Origin: an uncultured Fibrobacterota bacterium
GTDB taxonomy: Bacteria > Fibrobacterota > Chitinivibrionia > Chitinivibrionales > FEN-1185
Direction of reading: 5' to 3'
Assembly: GCA_963729895.1 (NCBI GenBank)
Contig: CAVSQB010000002.1
Coordinates: forward strand, 53,512-117,511
Length of the DNA stretch: 64,000 bases
Shown here piece by piece: positions 59,605 to 64,000 of the stretch. Made by a program: the position numbers and the translations under genes. Numbering within the stretch: position 1 is the stretch's first letter; each line of letters begins with the position of its first letter. The notes under the pieces were generated by a model that did not search any database, was not told where the DNA came from, and saw nothing but the letters and a program-made list of their open reading frames with translations.

Positions 59605-60363
59605 ATGAAGAAAAGAATCTTGTTGAAACGGCTGGTACCGGTTGCGGCTCTTGCCGCCGCCGCGGCAACCGGCTGTGTGTTCAACGCAACCCGCGTTACC
59701 ACGCAAAAGAGCGGACAGGTTTCGAGCGAGGGACTCATGGTGGCATCGCTTGACATACGAAACTACTCCGGCAATATCACGGTGGCCGGCACCGACGATT
59801 CGGTGGTTGCCGCAACCGCCACGGTGAGCGAAATAGCGATCCAGGGTTCAAGCCAGCTGGCGGCCGATCAATTTGCGGTAACCGTCACTTCCGCCAACGG
59901 CGTCGGCACTGTGGGCTTCTCCGTTGCCGGCGGCGGCGACCAGTGGGAATTGATCAAAATGGAGGACGTGACGCTCACAAGCAACCGCGCTCTTGACATA
60001 TGGGCATCAACCGCCTCCGGCAACATCAATTGCACGGGTATCGACGGCTTTGTGGACCTGGAAACCACAAACGGCAACATTACGACCGATGTGGTCCACG
60101 GTTGCTATTGCGCAGTGACAAGCGGGGATATCGACGTTACGCTAAAGCCCGACAGCACGTTTGGAAGCGCAACCCTCCAGACAACCAGCGGAAATATCAA
60201 GGTTACCGTTCCCGCGGGCTTCAAGGCAAACCTGAGTCTGTCCGCAAAGAGCGGAACCATCAAAACTCCTCACGGCGACACGAGCGACCTCAACGGCGGC
60301 AATTCCGCCGTCGTCATCACCTGCACGGTGACAAACGGTAACATCACCATAGTGGAAGAGTGA
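59605..60363 (+). CDS. DUF4097-type beta-strand-repeat lipoprotein
   Basis: Lipobox AATGC; repeats SGNI, TNGNI, TSGDI, TSGNI, SGTI. Confidence 0.82.
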   Translation: MKKRILLKRLVPVAALAAAAATGCVFNATRVTTQKSGQVSSEGLMVASLDIRNYSGNITVAGTDDSVVAATATVSEIAIQGSSQLAADQFAVTVTSANGVGTVGFSVAGGGDQWELIKMEDVTLTSNRALDIWASTASGNINCTGIDGFVDLETTNGNITTDVVHGCYCAVTSGDIDVTLKPDSTFGSATLQTTSGNIKVTVPAGFKANLSLSAKSGTIKTPHGDTSDLNGGNSAVVITCTVTNGNITIVEE

Positions 60364-60397
60364 CACCTGGTTCGGGGGGAGAAAGGAGCATGCCATC

Positions 60398-60628
60398 ATG
60401 AAGAAACAGGAGGGCGTCGGCATCGAACGGAAGGCGAGCGCGGTACGCCATTCGGTTGCGCCGCAGAATATCGACCAGAACAACTGGTACTACGAAGAAA
60501 AGAACGGGATAGAAGTCATTCACCAAGTGGTAACCGGCGCCAGCGAATATGTGCAGACCGATTCGATCTTTATCCCGTGGGAAAAACTGACGCACACCGT
60601 TCGGCGGCATCTGGGCACCTACAACTGA
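60398..60628 (+). CDS. Small hypothetical protein
   Basis: AAGGAG RBS; 76 aa; follows the upstream gene on the same strand. Confidence 0.55.
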   Translation: MKKQEGVGIERKASAVRHSVAPQNIDQNNWYYEEKNGIEVIHQVVTGASEYVQTDSIFIPWEKLTHTVRRHLGTYN

Positions 60629-60669
60629 CTGGCGCCTCAAGCTCAGGCGCCGGCAGGAACGCAGGGCCC

Positions 60670-61203
60670 CTACTTCTTGCGAAGCGTTCCGGCAGAAATA
60701 TTCTTAACGGTTTGCACACCGCTCGCGGCTCCTCCCTGGGCCTTATACGAAAAGTCAACCGAAATGACGGTGTCGCCGGGCCCCGCCGAAAACGAATTGA
60801 CGGTTACGGAAGCGGTGTCGGTGGCGGTACTTGACCACGAGACGTTGCTCCCCACGTTCCCCTGATAGTAATTCCCCACCACCACGGATCCCGGATTGCC
60901 TGCACTGATGGTAACGGGCGCGGCCGCATTCACCGTTGACGGACAGACAAAGTATAGTTCTATGCTTTGGCCCAGGGAGGCGGACGTGCCTTCGATATCG
61001 ACAAGACGTTTCGACGTATCGCCGGGATAGATGCTTATTGTGATGATTGCGCCGGAGGAAAACGAAGCTCCGCTCACCGTTGCGGAAAGGGTGTACTGGC
61101 CGTTTGCGGTGCCATCCGTTCCGGGCGAAGAGTTGGGGCTGCTGCAGGTTACCGCAAGAATTGCCGCGCACAGTAGTGAGGCAAGAACAGGGAATTTCTT
61201 CAA
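60670..61203 (-). CDS. Ser/Thr-rich putative lipoprotein
   Basis: AGGAGG RBS, TTG start, signal peptide ending LAVTC. Confidence 0.75.
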   Translation of the reverse strand: MKKFPVLASLLCAAILAVTCSSPNSSPGTDGTANGQYTLSATVSGASFSSGAIITISIYPGDTSKRLVDIEGTSASLGQSIELYFVCPSTVNAAAPVTISAGNPGSVVVGNYYQGNVGSNVSWSSTATDTASVTVNSFSAGPGDTVISVDFSYKAQGGAASGVQTVKNISAGTLRKK

Positions 61204-61258
61204 TGGGGCCTCCTTTCGGGAGCGGAACGTTTTACTTGAAATATAGTTATTCTATTGC

Positions 61259-62398
61259 TCAAAAGTGATTAGTAACAGTACGATTTGCTCGTCGGGATGT
61301 CAAGGCACGGCACCACGAAACGCAGCCGCGGCTCGCTTCCACAAGGCTGATCCCCGGGGCCCGGCGCAGCAGGATTTCGCGCGGCCGCGCAAACCCGGCT
61401 TCGCGCAGCATGGCCTGCACCTCGGTTGCGGAATACGAATTTCCCGAGGTCCCGTTGTACAACTCCAGAAGGATGAGGAATGCGTTTGCCCGCGAAAACG
61501 GCGTCGGCGTCCTCGTGTTGAACTGGTCGGCAACGAACACTTTCCCCCCTTCAGCAAGCGCCTCACGGGTCTTTTTGAGCAGACTCACCGCATCGTTCCT
61601 CGGATAGATGCGGAGCACGTTGAACAGCAGGGCGGCATCAAATCCTTTGCCGATATCATCGTGAAAAAAATCTCCCTCGGTGAACCGCATCCTGTTTGCC
61701 ATGCCGTGTTCCTTTATCGTCTGCTCGGTGGACTGCCGCGCCTGCGGCCAGTCGAAAATCACCGCATTCAGGCCGGGATGCTTCTCACAGAACTTTGCGC
61801 TGTACAGCCCGTGGCCACCGCCGATATCGATAAGCCGCTTTGCCGCCGGCGGCAGCTTTACGCGGGCGACTATTTCGCCGGAAAGCAACTCCGCGACGCC
61901 GTACAGGTTCGCGTGGTACCGTTCCCAGGCTCCGCGGTGACGGTCGAGCCATGCGTTGCACGGTTCCGCCGGCCCGCCGCTACGTATGGAAACGTCGAGC
62001 TGCGACCAGCGCTCCCAGGCATCCTCAAAGAAGCCGAGCATTGCGCCGAGATTGACCGGAGAGCGTGCAAGCATCCACGACCGTGTCATGGGCGAATTGA
62101 CATAGCGCGATTTCCGCGTGCGCACCACATAGCCCAGGCCCCACAGCGCGTCAAGAAGGAGCCGGATGCCGTGCGCGTCCGCCCGGATCTCCACGGCGGC
62201 TTCTTCCGCCGTTCGTGGACCGCCGGATTCGAGCACCTCGAACAGGTTGAGCTTGACTGCCGCGCACACTGCCTTGAACCCGAGCGCGGCGAACATGTCG
62301 AGCATCGGGCCTGGGCCCCAGGCGTGATTAAGGAAGATCTGGCGTTCCGCCCAGGTGAGGTTGAACGGCATGCAGCGGCGGTCCTTCCTATCGGTCAA
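61259..62398 (-). CDS. SAM-dependent O-methyltransferase with dimerisation domain
   Basis: AAVKLNLFE winged helix, LIDIGGGHG, IFDWP, GDFF. Start may be ATG 62371. Confidence 0.9.
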   Translation of the reverse strand: MTDRKDRRCMPFNLTWAERQIFLNHAWGPGPMLDMFAALGFKAVCAAVKLNLFEVLESGGPRTAEEAAVEIRADAHGIRLLLDALWGLGYVVRTRKSRYVNSPMTRSWMLARSPVNLGAMLGFFEDAWERWSQLDVSIRSGGPAEPCNAWLDRHRGAWERYHANLYGVAELLSGEIVARVKLPPAAKRLIDIGGGHGLYSAKFCEKHPGLNAVIFDWPQARQSTEQTIKEHGMANRMRFTEGDFFHDDIGKGFDAALLFNVLRIYPRNDAVSLLKKTREALAEGGKVFVADQFNTRTPTPFSRANAFLILLELYNGTSGNSYSATEVQAMLREAGFARPREILLRRAPGISLVEASRGCVSWCRALTSRRANRTVTNHF

Positions 62399-62543
62399 AA
62401 CGGTTGCGTTATATCATCAAAATACTATAATGCCGCGGGCCGGCGTCGTCCATGGGCAGCCTCAAATCAAGAGTAAGAGTCAGGCGTTTTCCCCCGGTGC
62501 CGGATCGCCCAGCCGAAAGACATACCTAGTCAACATACGATTA

Positions 62544-62673
62544 TGGATTGCTGAGCCGGTGCGGCGTGGATGTACACTTGGCACTATAAGTGTAATGATC
62601 TGGGCGCCCCGCCGCGTTGCGGCGGCGGTTCTCCTTTTGGGCTCAGCCGATTGGCCTCGGTGCCGGATCGCCC
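62544..62673. repeat. Structured intergenic repeat, partial and rearranged copy 3
   Basis: 62544-62583 matches the reverse complement of the copy-1 distal end; 62601-62663 matches the copy-1 proximal end; abuts IS5 copy B. Confidence 0.8.
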
Positions 62674-62682
62674 CTATGCCTA

Positions 62683-63996
62683 GCAGGTTGTTGAAATAGT
62701 CCTAACAGAAGCGCTCTTGTTGATTTTTTATGAACCTAACTTCAACTTTACATATGTCAGAGAGGTTTTACCTGCCTCGTTCCGAGGCATTTCCCCGGAT
62801 TCCCAGGCCATTCTCATGCTGCCCCCACCGTTTGCGGCATCAACTTAACCATGCGTATCAAGTTGTACGCTGCGGCAACCACGTAGGCAACAGTCTGGTT
62901 GATTCGTATTCCTCTTACCCGAGTTTTCCGCAGGCCACCGACGCTCTTGATCCACCCAAATATCTCTTCAACCCGTTTTCGTTTCCTTTGACTTACGCTG
63001 TATCCCTTATGCCGAGTCGTTCTTCCATCCAACCCTTTAAGCGAAGTGTTGGCCTTCTCGGCAATGTGAGGCTTCACGTGCAGGCGTCGCAGGCTCTTGA
63101 TAAATTCGGTTGCATGATACCCTTTGTCTGCACCCACCGTCTTCATCCGGCGTTTTCCGCGCCTGCGTTCATGCTTTATCAGCTCAAGCGCCATATCCCG
63201 TTCCGCTGTCCCCGTCGCTGGCGCAATGGCGATATCAACACACAACCCATTTCGGTTTTCCATCAGCACGTGACCGGAATACGCCAGCTGCGCTCCCGTT
63301 CTCTTGTTCTTCCGAGCCAACAGCGCCTCTGGATCGGTTGAACTCTGATGTGTCTCATTGCTTCGCTTCTCATGGTGGAAATCAACCGACGGATTACTCC
63401 GATCATCGTCAGTCTTGTTCGCCGATTCCGCGTCTTTTCGCTTGAAGCTCTTCATCGATGCCCAGGCTTCAATCAACGTGCCGTCAACCGTGAAATGCTC
63501 ATCGGACAACAACTCTTCGGAACGAGCAAGACGCACGATTTCCTGCATCAGCCGGTGCGCAATCTCCTGTTCCATAAGTCGATCTCGGTTCTTCGAAAAC
63601 ACACTATGATCAAACGATGCCGCATCCAGATCCATGTCAAGAAACCATCGGAACAGAATGTTATAGTCCAGCATCTCGCAAAACAACCGGTCCGACCGTA
63701 TCGAAAACAAAGCCATCAATATCTGTGCTTTCAAAAGCCATTCCGGCGGTATCGAAGGGCGTCCCATCCGGCTGTACATCGCCTCAAAGTCACGAGAAAG
63801 GCGGCGCAGCGCTATGTCCGTAAACTGTTTGACACGACGAAGCGGGTGCGTTGCCGGCACTCGGGAATCCGGAGAAACGAAGCTGAACATACCGCCTTGG
63901 GCTGGCTGGGAACCTCTCATCAATACTCCTTGGTTGGGGTTCCCCTATAATATAAGGATAAATGTTTACAAAAGGGAGACTTTTTCAACACCCTGC
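62683..63996 (-). mobile_element. IS5-family insertion sequence, copy B
   Basis: Same length and termini as copy A, flanked by TA; one difference seen (C50354 / T63339). Confidence 0.93.
62814..63923 (-). CDS. IS5-family transposase
   Basis: Protein identical to 49829-50938. Confidence 0.95.
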   Translation of the reverse strand: MMRGSQPAQGGMFSFVSPDSRVPATHPLRRVKQFTDIALRRLSRDFEAMYSRMGRPSIPPEWLLKAQILMALFSIRSDRLFCEMLDYNILFRWFLDMDLDAASFDHSVFSKNRDRLMEQEIAHRLMQEIVRLARSEELLSDEHFTVDGTLIEAWASMKSFKRKDAESANKTDDDRSNPSVDFHHEKRSNETHQSSTDPEALLARKNKRTGAQLAYSGHVLMENRNGLCVDIAIAPATGTAERDMALELIKHERRRGKRRMKTVGADKGYHATEFIKSLRRLHVKPHIAEKANTSLKGLDGRTTRHKGYSVSQRKRKRVEEIFGWIKSVGGLRKTRVRGIRINQTVAYVVAAAYNLIRMVKLMPQTVGAA

Positions 63997-64000
63997 TAAG

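Noticed and set aside
1..64000. CRISPR array, tRNA, rRNA, prophage
   Set aside because: No regularly spaced repeat-spacer array, cloverleaf, rRNA-like tract or phage structural genes were seen by eye.

Overview
Bacterial chromosomal window, mostly GC-rich. A Fibrobacter-type FISUMP protein and five secreted proteins with T9SS-like C-terminal domains suggest FCB group, probably Fibrobacterota (inference). The core is a ~24 kb redox block. It holds a complete E. coli-type complex I operon (nuoA-B-CD-E-F-G-H-I-J-K-L-M-N) followed by a 36-aa membrane peptide, a polyprenyl synthase and DoxX; a tkt-rpiB-tal-diheme cytochrome c operon; and a divergent pntAa-pntAb-pntB transhydrogenase operon. All three transcription units carry a correctly spaced sigma54 -24/-12 motif and similar upstream enhancer-like boxes. 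Other genes: murB, GAF/HD-GYP, ferredoxin, glgA, three tandem paralogous secreted proteins, aspS, TatD, a zinc alcohol dehydrogenase, a GPH-family MFS transporter, a LytS/LytTR pair and a methyltransferase. Mobile DNA: one IS630 that splits an AT-rich, cassette-like gene, and two near-identical IS5-family copies in direct orientation. The most unusual signal is a non-coding, highly structured ~200-430 bp element in four intergenic copies (about 5.5-5.9, 36.0-36.5, 45.8-46.25 and 62.5-62.7 kb). It has conserved stems with variable inserts, and two copies contain a REP-like palindrome nested inside an inverted copy of itself. No rRNA, tRNA or CRISPR array was seen. All family assignments come from motif recognition by eye; no database searches were run.
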